A stretch of 32,000 nucleotides of DNA, taken from assembly GCA_000008085.1 (NCBI GenBank), contig AE017199.1:1-32000 (forward strand), read 5' to 3'. The stretch comes from Nanoarchaeum equitans Kin4-M. GTDB lineage: Archaea > Nanobdellota > Nanobdellia > Nanobdellales > Nanoarchaeaceae. Numbering within the stretch: the stretch's first letter is position 1; every line of letters starts with the position of its first letter. The translations under genes and the position numbers were made by a program. Below the pieces are notes generated by a model, which worked only from the letters and a program-made list of their open reading frames with translations, ran no database searches and had not been told where the DNA came from. This document shows, piece by piece, positions 1-7,401 of this stretch.

Positions 1-879
1 TCTCGCAGAGTTCTTTTTTGTATTAACAAACCCAAAACCCATAGAATTTAATGAACCCAAACCGCAATCGTACAAAAATTTGTAAAATTCTCTTTCTTCT
101 TTGTCTAATTTTCTATAAACATTTAACTCTTTCCATAATGTGCCTATATATACTGCTTCCCCTCTGTTAATTCTTATTCTTATTGATACTGTTTTATAGA
201 AAGTAAAACCTTCGAATATTGCTTCTTCAAAATAAAAGTTCTTCCCACAGAAATTATTATATTTTCTTAAGCTTTGCTCTTTTAGGTCTCGCAACCAATT
301 AGAAAAAGCGCTAAAACTCTTATTTCTAAAATCGTAATACCTATCTTTTACATCTATAATTTTCCATCCATCTTTGATTTGGTTTAAACTAATCTCTATG
401 GGTTCTTCTAAAATGGGCTCTTTCTTTTTTATTAGATTATACTTTTTCAATTCTTCCAATCGCTTAACAAATACCTTATAGTATTTGTCCCCTTTTAATA
501 TTACTATTTTGCCTTCCCTTAATACTATAGGAGTTATAGTAACCCAAGGAAATCTTAATTTTGGATCGAATTTTTTTGTTTTCCTTAATTGGAATTGAGC
601 CAAACCAATAGTTATTATATCTAAATCTTTTATTTTATTATGCAAAACCTCTATAAACCTTTTATCGGGCGAAGATATGATTAAATAATACCTCTTATTC
701 TCTATTATGTCTTTTTTTGGGATTAAGGTAAAATTAAAATATTTCTCTTTCTTCCAATTATGTAACCAAGAGTATTCGGTATTTTTTAATATATTATAAA
801 TGAAACCTTGTATTAGATAGTTAGATAATTGTTTTTTATCTATGCTATTTAGGGCTTTAAGTTCTAATAGCAATCGCAT
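1..879 (-). CDS. cas6: Cas6-family CRISPR repeat endoribonuclease (3' end runs off the window start)
   Basis: Absent from the ORF track because it is open to the window edge. The minus-strand frame is stop-free from ATG (877-879) to nt 1 (293 codons, checked triplet by triplet). Translation runs MRLLLELKALNSIDKKQLSNYL... and ends ...EFYKFLYDCGLGSLNSMGFGFVNTKKNSAR. G-L-G-x5-G-F-G is the C-terminal glycine-rich loop (GhGxxxxxGhG) typical of Cas6, and the length fits Cas6. Confidence 0.7.
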   Translation of the reverse strand, partial: MRLLLELKALNSIDKKQLSNYLIQGFIYNILKNTEYSWLHNWKKEKYFNFTLIPKKDIIENKRYYLIISSPDKRFIEVLHNKIKDLDIITIGLAQFQLRKTKKFDPKLRFPWVTITPIVLREGKIVILKGDKYYKVFVKRLEELKKYNLIKKKEPILEEPIEISLNQIKDGWKIIDVKDRYYDFRNKSFSAFSNWLRDLKEQSLRKYNNFCGKNFYFEEAIFEGFTFYKTVSIRIRINRGEAVYIGTLWKELNVYRKLDKEEREFYKFLYDCGLGSLNSMGFGFVNTKKNSAR

Positions 880-882
880 TTA

Positions 883-2691
883 ATGAAAAAGCCCCAACCC
901 TATAAAGATGAAGAGATATATTCTATTTTAGAAGAGCCCGTAAAACAATGGTTTAAAGAGAAATACAAAACATTCACTCCCCCACAAAGGTATGCAATAA
1001 TGGAAATACATAAAAGGAACAATGTTTTAATTTCTTCCCCCACAGGTTCGGGAAAAACGTTAGCAGCGTTTTTAGCTATAATAAATGAATTAATAAAGTT
1101 ATCTCATAAAGGAAAATTAGAAAATAGAGTTTATGCCATTTATGTTTCTCCATTAAGAAGTTTAAATAACGATGTAAAGAAAAACTTAGAAACTCCATTA
1201 AAAGAAATAAAAGAAAAAGCGAAAGAGCTTAACTATTATATTGGAGATATTAGAATCGCTGTAAGAACTAGTGATACAAAAGAATCGGAAAAAGCAAAAA
1301 TGCTTAAGCAACCTCCACATATTTTGATTACCACTCCTGAATCTTTAGCTATAATATTATCAACAAAAAAATTTAGAGAACATATAAAGAAAGTGGAATT
1401 TGTTGTTGTGGATGAAATACATGCTTTAGCAGAGTCTAAAAGGGGAACACATTTAGCTTTAAGCTTAGAGAGATTAAACTATCTAACCAATTTCGTTAGA
1501 ATTGGGCTTTCAGCAACAATCCATCCATTAGAGGAAGTGGCAAAATTTTTGTTTGGTTATGAAAATGGGAAACCAAGGGAAGGCTATATAATAGATGTTT
1601 CTTTCGAAAAACCTATAGAAATACAAGTATATAGCCCTGTGGACGATATAATATATAGCTCTCAAGAAGAGTTAATGCGGAACCTATACAAATTTATTGG
1701 AGAGCAATTGAAAAAATATAGAACTATATTAATATTTACCAATACCAGACATGGTGCAGAAAGTGTGGCATACCATTTGAAAAAAGCTTTTCCCGATTTA
1801 GAAAAATATATTGCGGTGCACCATTCCTCTTTGTCTAGAGAAGAAAGATTAGAGATAGAAGAAAAACTAAAAAGGGGCGAATTAAGAATAGTATGCACTT
1901 CTACTTCTTTAGAACTAGGAATAGATATAGGTACAATAGATTTAGTTATACAAATAGGTTCTCCTAAGAGTGTTAATAGGGCATTACAAAGAATTGGTAG
2001 GGCTGGCCATAGATTAGATGAAAAGAGCAAAGGTATTCTAATTGGCTTAGATAGAGACGAACTATTGGAAAACACAATAATAAAATATAGCGCCGACAAT
2101 AGAAGGTTAGACAGAATTCATATTCCAACTAATGCTTTAGATGTATTGGCCCAACATATAGTAGGGATGGGCTTAGAGAAAGAATGGGATCTAAAGGAAG
2201 CATACAATTTAATAAGAAATGCTTATCCCTATAGAAATCTATCGTGGGACGATTATATTAATACTATAAAATATTTGGCTGGAGAGTATACAAAATTAGA
2301 ACATAAAAAAGTATATGCTAAAATAATTTTGAGGGACAATAAATTTAAAACTAAGGGTAGTGTAAGAGCTATTTATTTTATGAATATAGGCACTATCCCC
2401 GAAGAAACAAAAATAGCGGTATATACTTTAGATAATAAAAGAATAGGTTATGTAGAGGAAGAATTTGTAGAAAAACTAGTAAAAGGGGACATATTCGTTT
2501 TGGCAGGAAAAACTTATGAATTTCTATATAGTAAGGGCAATAAAATATATGTTAGACCTGTAAAAGGGGTAAACCCCACAATACCCCATTGGTTTTCTGA
2601 GATGTTACCATTAAGTTATGATTTAGCGATAGAAATACAAAAATTTAGAGAGGAAATAGCCAAAAAATTAGAGAGAGAACCTTTGGACTAA
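883..2691 (+). CDS. lhr: Lhr-type (large helicase-related) superfamily-2 DEAD/DEAH helicase; only the N-terminal ~600 aa portion is present
   Basis: Lhr-like N-terminus (PVKQWFKEKYKTFTPPQRYAI). Walker A SPTGSGKT, motif II VVVDEIHAL, motif III LSATI, motif VI QRIGRAGH. It ends at 602 aa, inside the region where the Lhr winged-helix/domain 4 continues. Confidence 0.85.
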   Translation: MKKPQPYKDEEIYSILEEPVKQWFKEKYKTFTPPQRYAIMEIHKRNNVLISSPTGSGKTLAAFLAIINELIKLSHKGKLENRVYAIYVSPLRSLNNDVKKNLETPLKEIKEKAKELNYYIGDIRIAVRTSDTKESEKAKMLKQPPHILITTPESLAIILSTKKFREHIKKVEFVVVDEIHALAESKRGTHLALSLERLNYLTNFVRIGLSATIHPLEEVAKFLFGYENGKPREGYIIDVSFEKPIEIQVYSPVDDIIYSSQEELMRNLYKFIGEQLKKYRTILIFTNTRHGAESVAYHLKKAFPDLEKYIAVHHSSLSREERLEIEEKLKRGELRIVCTSTSLELGIDIGTIDLVIQIGSPKSVNRALQRIGRAGHRLDEKSKGILIGLDRDELLENTIIKYSADNRRLDRIHIPTNALDVLAQHIVGMGLEKEWDLKEAYNLIRNAYPYRNLSWDDYINTIKYLAGEYTKLEHKKVYAKIILRDNKFKTKGSVRAIYFMNIGTIPEETKIAVYTLDNKRIGYVEEEFVEKLVKGDIFVLAGKTYEFLYSKGNKIYVRPVKGVNPTIPHWFSEMLPLSYDLAIEIQKFREEIAKKLEREPLD

Positions 2692-3189
2692 ACTTTCTAA
2701 GATTTTGCTTTTTATTATTAGTTGGCCATCCTTTTCTTCAATAACATCTTTATAACCAAGGTTTTGAGCCAATTTTTCTAAAAATTCTTTTCTATCCAAT
2801 TTCTTTATATCCTCTATAATAATTTTTATTTTTTTCCCTGCCAATGGATGGTTAAAATCCACTAAAACTCTATCACTATTAACAGTTAAAACTATTCCGG
2901 TTTTGCCATCCATATTAACTACTAACCCAGGAATTGGTATTAATCTATTTTCTCTAAAAACTTTTGCAGGCACTATCACTATATTTTTCGGATTTCTTTT
3001 TCCGAAAGGATTATTATTTTCATCGAATTCTAATTCTATTTTTTCTCCTTCTTTGCCAATCAAATTATTCTCAATTTCTTTATTATATAACCCAGAGCCC
3101 AGCTTTGTTAAAATCTTATCCTCTAACAAAAGCTTTTCTCCTTCGTAAATTTTTATTTTCCCCTCTATATAATCGCCCTCTTTTAACAT
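2668..3189 (-). CDS. FKBP-type peptidyl-prolyl cis-trans isomerase (short archaeal/SlyD-like type)
   Basis: Signature VLVDFNHPLAGKKIKI (FKBP DFNHPLAGK motif) plus an insert-in-flap-like middle region. Convergent with lhr, 24-nt 3' overlap. Confidence 0.85.
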   Translation of the reverse strand: MLKEGDYIEGKIKIYEGEKLLLEDKILTKLGSGLYNKEIENNLIGKEGEKIELEFDENNNPFGKRNPKNIVIVPAKVFRENRLIPIPGLVVNMDGKTGIVLTVNSDRVLVDFNHPLAGKKIKIIIEDIKKLDRKEFLEKLAQNLGYKDVIEEKDGQLIIKSKILESLVQRFSL

Positions 3190-3203
3190 CGCCTTACTAA
3201 TAA

Positions 3204-3216
3204 AAAATTTTTAAAA
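3204..3216 (+). promoter_or_regulatory. BRE/TATA-like box (AAAA-T-TTTTAAAA) for the tRNA 3'-half gene
   Basis: Same element and spacing as upstream of tRNA-Ile and tRNA-Phe. Applying the tRNA-Ile spacing (last TATA nt at -20) places +1 on G3236. That G is preceded by CTCT, exactly as in tRNA-Ile. Confidence 0.5.
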
Positions 3217-3235
3217 GCTTATAATATATTACTCT

Positions 3236-3289
3236 GCGGCGGCCAGGGGGGAAACCCCCAGGTCCCCGGTTCAAATCCGGGCCCCGCGT
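3236..3289 (+). tRNA. tRNA 3'-half gene: GC-rich leader plus tRNA positions 38-73, with no 5' half adjacent
   Basis: Parse: GCGGCGGCCAGG GGGG AA|A CCCCC(39-43) AGGTC(44-48) CCCGG-TTCAAAT-CCGGG(T arm) CCCCGCG(66-72) T. No D arm, anticodon or 5' acceptor strand lies upstream. The AGGTC variable loop matches both complete tRNAs in the window, and the TTCAAAT T-loop matches tRNA-Phe. Confidence 0.7.
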
Positions 3290-3748
3290 CTATATGTCTA
3301 CAATAAATTCTATAACATATTTCGCCCTCCCTTCCCTTTTAATATCTAAACCATGCCATGTTACAGCTTTTACTTCTTTTTTAAAATTATGCTTCTCCAT
3401 AGAATAAGGCTCCCCCATAGCATATCCTTTTAAATACCATTGCTTTTTGCCATTCTTTATTCTTCTCAAATTTTTTATTTTAAAAAATCCAAAAGCTATC
3501 TTTTTTATATAGAATTGGGCCAATATATTAGATAACCAATCATATAAAACTTCGCTAGCGTAATCGCCATAGCTTTCTATTTCTATTTTTTCGCTATCGC
3601 TTTCTACTTTATCTACATCATATATTAGATGTAACATCCCAGCTGCGGCAGAGTAAAATGCATGTTTCAAATTCCTACCATATGCTTTTATCATTACATC
3701 AGCGGTATGGTCTAAATATTCAAAACAATAATCCCTAATGCAAATCAT
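3290..3748 (-). CDS. Archease (activator/chaperone of the RtcB tRNA ligase and of tRNA-modifying enzymes)
   Basis: N-terminal FEYLDHTADVMIKAYG is the archease signature (F-E-x-x-D-HTAD). About 150 aa, with C-terminal KAVTWHGL. Its stop codon abuts the last nt of the tRNA half. Confidence 0.85.
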   Translation of the reverse strand: MICIRDYCFEYLDHTADVMIKAYGRNLKHAFYSAAAGMLHLIYDVDKVESDSEKIEIESYGDYASEVLYDWLSNILAQFYIKKIAFGFFKIKNLRRIKNGKKQWYLKGYAMGEPYSMEKHNFKKEVKAVTWHGLDIKREGRAKYVIEFIVDI

Positions 3749-4665
3749 TGCTTTTCTATGACTTCTACTTTAAACACTTTTAGATAGGGTTTAATATCCC
3801 GACCAAACATTTTATTTAGCTCTTCATATTCTTTTTTTGGTAAAACGAATTTGTTATCTAATTTAACCCAGCGCTTTGGCAATTCGATAGATAATCTCTC
3901 TAATATGTCTTTCCTAGTTAGGTTCTCTTTTATTGCCTCTTCAATAGTTTTGTTTTCGAATTTGACTTTTAATAATATTGATATTATTCTGTTAAACCTA
4001 TCTGGTACCCCTTTGGTTTTGCCATAGAATTCGATTCTTTTTCTAGGAAATTCTTTAAACAATTCTTTAGTCCATGGTCTATTTTGTCCCAAATCTACTA
4101 TACCCCCAATTAGAAATATATTGTTCTCTTTTATGTCCTTTTCAGTTAATATTTCATCGGCATTTGGATCTAAAGCGATGCCATTTAATGGATAGTCTAA
4201 TCTTAAAATTTTATTGTTCCCCAATTTATGGGAAATAAAATTAAATAACTCTCTATTAGCTACTAAAGCTAAATGCCTATCCCATAGATATTTTCTTACT
4301 TCTATTAAACTGGCTAGTATCTCTTTTATTATTCTGCGCTTTTCTTTTTCGGTATGCCTATTATAGTAACGCAAATCTATTATAAATAATGGGTATTTGG
4401 GCAAATTTAATTCTGGTTTTACCCCTTGTTTGGATAAAATAGCATCACTATAGTAAGGGCCTTTCCTATTTAATAGATAGAATTCCCCCTCTTTGTATAA
4501 AGGGATGCCTCCCTCTTTTTTGAAATCTATTCTATAATCATTAAGCAATATTTCTAATAACACCGATTGGAATGGATTTAAATAAGACCTAAGTTTTCTT
4601 CTATTTAAATGCAAAAAATATATATTGTGCTCTTTAAGCCATTCTAACAAATATTTATAGAGCAT
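3745..4665 (-). CDS. trm10: Trm10-family SPOUT tRNA (purine-9-N1) methyltransferase
   Basis: Blocks align by eye with yeast and archaeal Trm10: FIIDLRYYNRHTEKEKRRIIKEI (cf. VIDCxFDxLMxxKEIxSLxxQ), LDPNADEILTEKDIKENNIFLIGGIVD (cf. LSADSxxxLxELDExKIYIIGAIVD) and the C-terminal FNRIISILL helix. ATGA overlap with archease. Confidence 0.65.
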   Translation of the reverse strand: MLYKYLLEWLKEHNIYFLHLNRRKLRSYLNPFQSVLLEILLNDYRIDFKKEGGIPLYKEGEFYLLNRKGPYYSDAILSKQGVKPELNLPKYPLFIIDLRYYNRHTEKEKRRIIKEILASLIEVRKYLWDRHLALVANRELFNFISHKLGNNKILRLDYPLNGIALDPNADEILTEKDIKENNIFLIGGIVDLGQNRPWTKELFKEFPRKRIEFYGKTKGVPDRFNRIISILLKVKFENKTIEEAIKENLTRKDILERLSIELPKRWVKLDNKFVLPKKEYEELNKMFGRDIKPYLKVFKVEVIEKQ

Positions 4666-4679
4666 TTATTTACTATTAA

Positions 4680-5090
4680 ATGCAATATAAAGTTTTTTGC
4701 TACTATAGGCCATTCCTAGCTATAATTAAGAATAACAAAATTGTAGAAGTGAAAACTACAAATAAAAAATGCGAGATCTCTTTGGATAAACTATTAGAGA
4801 TGTATGAACCCAATTTGTATTATCCTTATAATTTATTGTATGAATATATGAAAGAGAAAAGGCTATATTTTTACAAAGAGCTAGCTAACTTATTAAAAAT
4901 GCATCCTAGAAAAATAGGCCTAATACTGAAAAAGAATCCTTTGCCTATAATAATACCTTGCCATAGAGTTATTAAATCTAACTATAATATTGGGGGTTAC
5001 AAATTTGGAATAGAATTGAAAAAATATCTATTGATTCAAGAAAAACTTTGTAGCGAAATAAAAAATGGCTATTGCAAACCCAAAGCCTAG
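4680..5090 (+). CDS. ogt: O6-alkylguanine/methylated-DNA-protein-cysteine methyltransferase
   Basis: Active-site motif IIPCHRVI, followed by [15 protein letters not shown] (cf. GGYxxGxxxKxxLL). Confidence 0.8.
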   Translation: MQYKVFCYYRPFLAIIKNNKIVEVKTTNKKCEISLDKLLEMYEPNLYYPYNLLYEYMKEKRLYFYKELANLLKMHPRKIGLILKKNPLPIIIPCHRVIKSNYNIGGYKFGIELKKYLLIQEKLCSEIKNGYCKPKA

Positions 5091-5582
5091 GGTTAGCAAT
5101 ATTAGTTCTTTCTTATCCTTGTTAACAAATGGGTAAATAAACATCAAAGAAATAATTACAAAGGGAAATATTTTTCCTTCTATCGATAAAAATAAACCCA
5201 AACCAATTAAAAAAGAGTTTAGCAATAGGTTATCTTTGTTTATATTTATGAATGGAAATATTATTAACAAAGGTATTAGCATAAAAATATGCGATTCATA
5301 TTCGTCTATATAATAAAAAAACCCTTGCAAATCCCATTGCCCTTTTGTTAGGCTATCAAATATTAAATGGTAAACCAACAAAATAGAAAAAAGCATAACC
5401 ATATTAATTACTACAAAATCATCTATATCTTTTGATTTGGATAATAAATAATAGTTTAATAAAATAAATGGAAATAATAAAGCGAAAAAGCTATTGTATA
5501 TAAAAAGAATTAGGGAAAAAATTATAAAAACTATCGCTACTGCTTCCTTTTGTATTTCCATGCCCAAGAATATTTTCTCCAT
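5028..5582 (-). CDS. Polytopic membrane protein, function unknown
   Basis: 184-aa ORF with at least 5 hydrophobic helices. It overlaps the ogt 3' end by 63 nt and the L37e 3' end by 46 nt, so the true start may be internal. Confidence 0.45.
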   Translation of the reverse strand: MEKIFLGMEIQKEAVAIVFIIFSLILFIYNSFFALLFPFILLNYYLLSKSKDIDDFVVINMVMLFSILLVYHLIFDSLTKGQWDLQGFFYYIDEYESHIFMLIPLLIIFPFININKDNLLLNSFLIGLGLFLSIEGKIFPFVIISLMFIYPFVNKDKKELILLTLGFGFAIAIFYFATKFFLNQ

Positions 5583-5707
5583 TTTTTAGATTTTCCAAAT
5601 CCACAATGGGCGCAATAACCTTTTCTTACATTGAATGTTCTTCTACCGCATCGCCTACAAGTAACATGAGTATATTTATTTTTCTTTCCAAAGTGCGCCT
5701 CGCTCAT
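5537..5707 (-). CDS. rpl37e: 50S ribosomal protein L37e (eL37)
   Basis: Not in the ORF track (56 aa). Hand translation: [56 protein letters not shown]. It has the C-x2-C...C-x2-C zinc ribbon and the RKYSW motif of eL37. Confidence 0.9.
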   Translation of the reverse strand: MSEAHFGKKNKYTHVTCRRCGRRTFNVRKGYCAHCGFGKSKKWRKYSWAWKYKRKQ

Positions 5708-5758
5708 TAGTATAGGTTAAGCAACCCATTTATAAAGGTTCGCCATTAGCATTATAAA

Positions 5759-7000
5759 GTGAAAGTCTATTTCGAAAGCTATGGTTGCACACTAAATAAG
5801 AGAGACACTTTATATATGCAAGCACAAATAGAAAATACTACAAACAATTTAGAAGAAGCGGATGTTGTTGTTATAAATAGTTGTATAGTAAAACAACCAA
5901 CCGAAACTAAAATATTGTATAGAATAAACCAACTAAAGAAGATGGGCAAAAAAATTGTTTTAACTGGTTGTATGGTTAGTGAACCATATTTAAAATACAA
6001 AGAATTACAGGACATATCTTTAGTAAACATATACAACCAAGATAGAATTAAAGAAGCAATAGAGAGAACATACAAAGGAGAAAGAGTTTTGTTTTTAGAA
6101 AAGAAAAAAATATACAAAGAATTTGCTAGGCCTTTATCTAAAGCTAGGGCAATAATACAAATCCAAGAAGGTTGTTTATGGAGATGCACTTATTGCGGTA
6201 CAAAGCTAGCGAGATCGATGTTTTATTCTTATCCACCAAAGTTAATAAAAAGAGAAATAGAGGAAAAACTCAAACAAGGAATAAAAATATTTTATTTAAC
6301 GGGCCCTGATACTGCCACTTATGGAAAAGACATTAACTATAGCTTGGCGGATTTGCTAAAAGATTTAATAGAAATAGAAGGCGATTTTTATATAAGAGTG
6401 GGTATGGCTAACCCAACATTTTTCTTAGAGCAAATAGATGAACTAATAGATGTGTTTAAATCAAACAAAATATTTAAGTTCTTCCATTTACCAGTACAAA
6501 GTGGGTCTAATAAAGTGCTAAAAGATATGAATAGGCCCTATACTATAGAGGAATATAAAGAGCTTATTTATAAGCTAAGAAAACATTTTCCTTTAGCTAC
6601 TTACGTTACAGATATAATTGTAGGCTATCCAACTGAAACGGAAGAAGATTTTGAACAAACATTAGAATTGGTTAGGGAAATAAAATTTGATGGCATAAAC
6701 ATAAGCAGATTTTGGAGGAGGCCCGGAACAATAGCTTGGAATTTGAAACAATTGGATCCAGAAATAGTTACTAATAGAGTAAAAAGGTTGAAAGAAGTAT
6801 TCTTACAAGGAGCGTATGAAAGAAATAAGCTATGGCTAAACTGGGAAGGCGAAGCTATAATTGAAGAAAAAGGCAAAAACAATACATGGATTGCCAAAAA
6901 CGAAATGTATAAACAAATAATAGTGAAAGGCAATTATGAAGAAGGGCAAAAAATTAAGGTAAAAATAAAAAAAGCTAGAGCTATTGATTTAATCGCCTAG
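5759..7000 (+). CDS. MiaB/MtaB-family radical-SAM tRNA methylthiotransferase (archaeal CDKAL1/e-MtaB type)
   Basis: GTG start. N-terminal UPF0004 domain (VYFESYGCTLNxxD...NSC...TGC), radical-SAM EGCLWRCTYCG, and a C-terminal TRAM-like domain (GQKIKVKIKKA). Confidence 0.85.
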   Translation: MKVYFESYGCTLNKRDTLYMQAQIENTTNNLEEADVVVINSCIVKQPTETKILYRINQLKKMGKKIVLTGCMVSEPYLKYKELQDISLVNIYNQDRIKEAIERTYKGERVLFLEKKKIYKEFARPLSKARAIIQIQEGCLWRCTYCGTKLARSMFYSYPPKLIKREIEEKLKQGIKIFYLTGPDTATYGKDINYSLADLLKDLIEIEGDFYIRVGMANPTFFLEQIDELIDVFKSNKIFKFFHLPVQSGSNKVLKDMNRPYTIEEYKELIYKLRKHFPLATYVTDIIVGYPTETEEDFEQTLELVREIKFDGINISRFWRRPGTIAWNLKQLDPEIVTNRVKRLKEVFLQGAYERNKLWLNWEGEAIIEEKGKNNTWIAKNEMYKQIIVKGNYEEGQKIKVKIKKARAIDLIA

Positions 7001-7074
7001 TGGGCCCGGCGGGATTCGAACCCGCGACCTCCCGGTTATCAGCCGGGCGCTCTGCCAGGCTGAGCCACGGGCCC
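7001..7074 (-). tRNA. tRNA-Ile (anticodon GAU), 74 nt, no encoded CCA
   Basis: The reverse complement folds as GGGCCCG TG GCTC AGCCTGGCA GAGC G CCCGG CTGATAA CCGGG AGGTC GCGGG TTCGAAT CCCGC CGGGCCC A. Its 3' end abuts the MtaB-like stop codon (6998-7000). Confidence 0.95.
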
Positions 7075-7093
7075 AGAGCTAGTATAAGCAACA

Positions 7094-7106
7094 ATTTAAA
7101 ACTTTT
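7094..7106 (-). promoter_or_regulatory. BRE/TATA-like box (AAAAG-TTTTAAAT) at -32..-20 of tRNA-Ile
   Basis: Minus strand reads AAAAGTTTTAAATTGTTGCTTATACTAGCTCT|GGGCCCG. The spacing implies transcription starts at tRNA position 1. The box overlaps the stop codon of the upstream 98-aa gene. Confidence 0.5.
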
Positions 7107-7401
7107 ATATTTGGAAAAATATTACTTTAATATCTCTTTTGGTTTGCTTTATTTTCTCTTTCGGCTTATAATATACAATATAGTCCCCATTTAATTGTTC
7201 ATATTTTTCTACTCCATATTGTTTGTTTAGTTTTTCCGATAATAAAACGGCTAAATCCTCAAAATAATCATAAGTCCCACAAGTAAAACAGATATGCCCT
7301 GAAAATAGCACTATTATAGTGTCGTCCTTTATTTCTAATAATTTGCAATTGGCTTTATGCAATCTATTAAACTCTTCTATAACTTGTTCTATCTCTTTCA
7401 T
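7105..7401 (-). CDS. Small conserved-looking protein with an H-x-C-x2-C motif, function unknown
   Basis: 98 aa with GHICFTCGTYDYFEDL. ATGA translational coupling to the upstream ATP-grasp-like gene supports it as real. Confidence 0.55.
   Translation of the reverse strand: MKEIEQVIEEFNRLHKANCKLLEIKDDTIIVLFSGHICFTCGTYDYFEDLAVLLSEKLNKQYGVEKYEQLNGDYIVYYKPKEKIKQTKRDIKVIFFQI

Noticed and set aside
1662-2099. Antisense or off-frame ORFs inside well-supported genes. The same applies to 2903-3148, 2964-3200, 5779-6189, 6625-6933, 8514-8753, 9035-9271, 9344-9610, 10092-10358, 11629-11883, 15381-15620, 15663-16070, 16562-16828, 19024-19287, 24635-24865, 26061-26246, 27077-27316 and 28540-28725.
   Set aside because: All lie entirely within genes that carry strong family motifs on the other strand or frame. 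Their Ser/Leu/Phe/Ile-rich, low-complexity translations are what antisense of Lys/Glu/Ile-rich AT-rich genes gives.
3247-3259. GGGGG-AAA-CCCCC hairpin considered as an anticodon arm of a complete tRNA, or as a terminator
   Set aside because: A 3-nt loop cannot be an anticodon loop. No D arm or 5' acceptor strand exists upstream, only a promoter-like box. The CCCCC is better explained as positions 39-43 of a split tRNA 3' half.
7000-7194. 64-aa plus-strand ORF (MGPAGFEPATSRLSAGRSARLSHGPRA...)
   Set aside because: It is the antisense read-through of the GC-rich tRNA-Ile gene followed by AT-rich 3' sequence of the neighbouring gene. Its Gly/Pro/Ala/Arg-rich start is a tRNA artefact.
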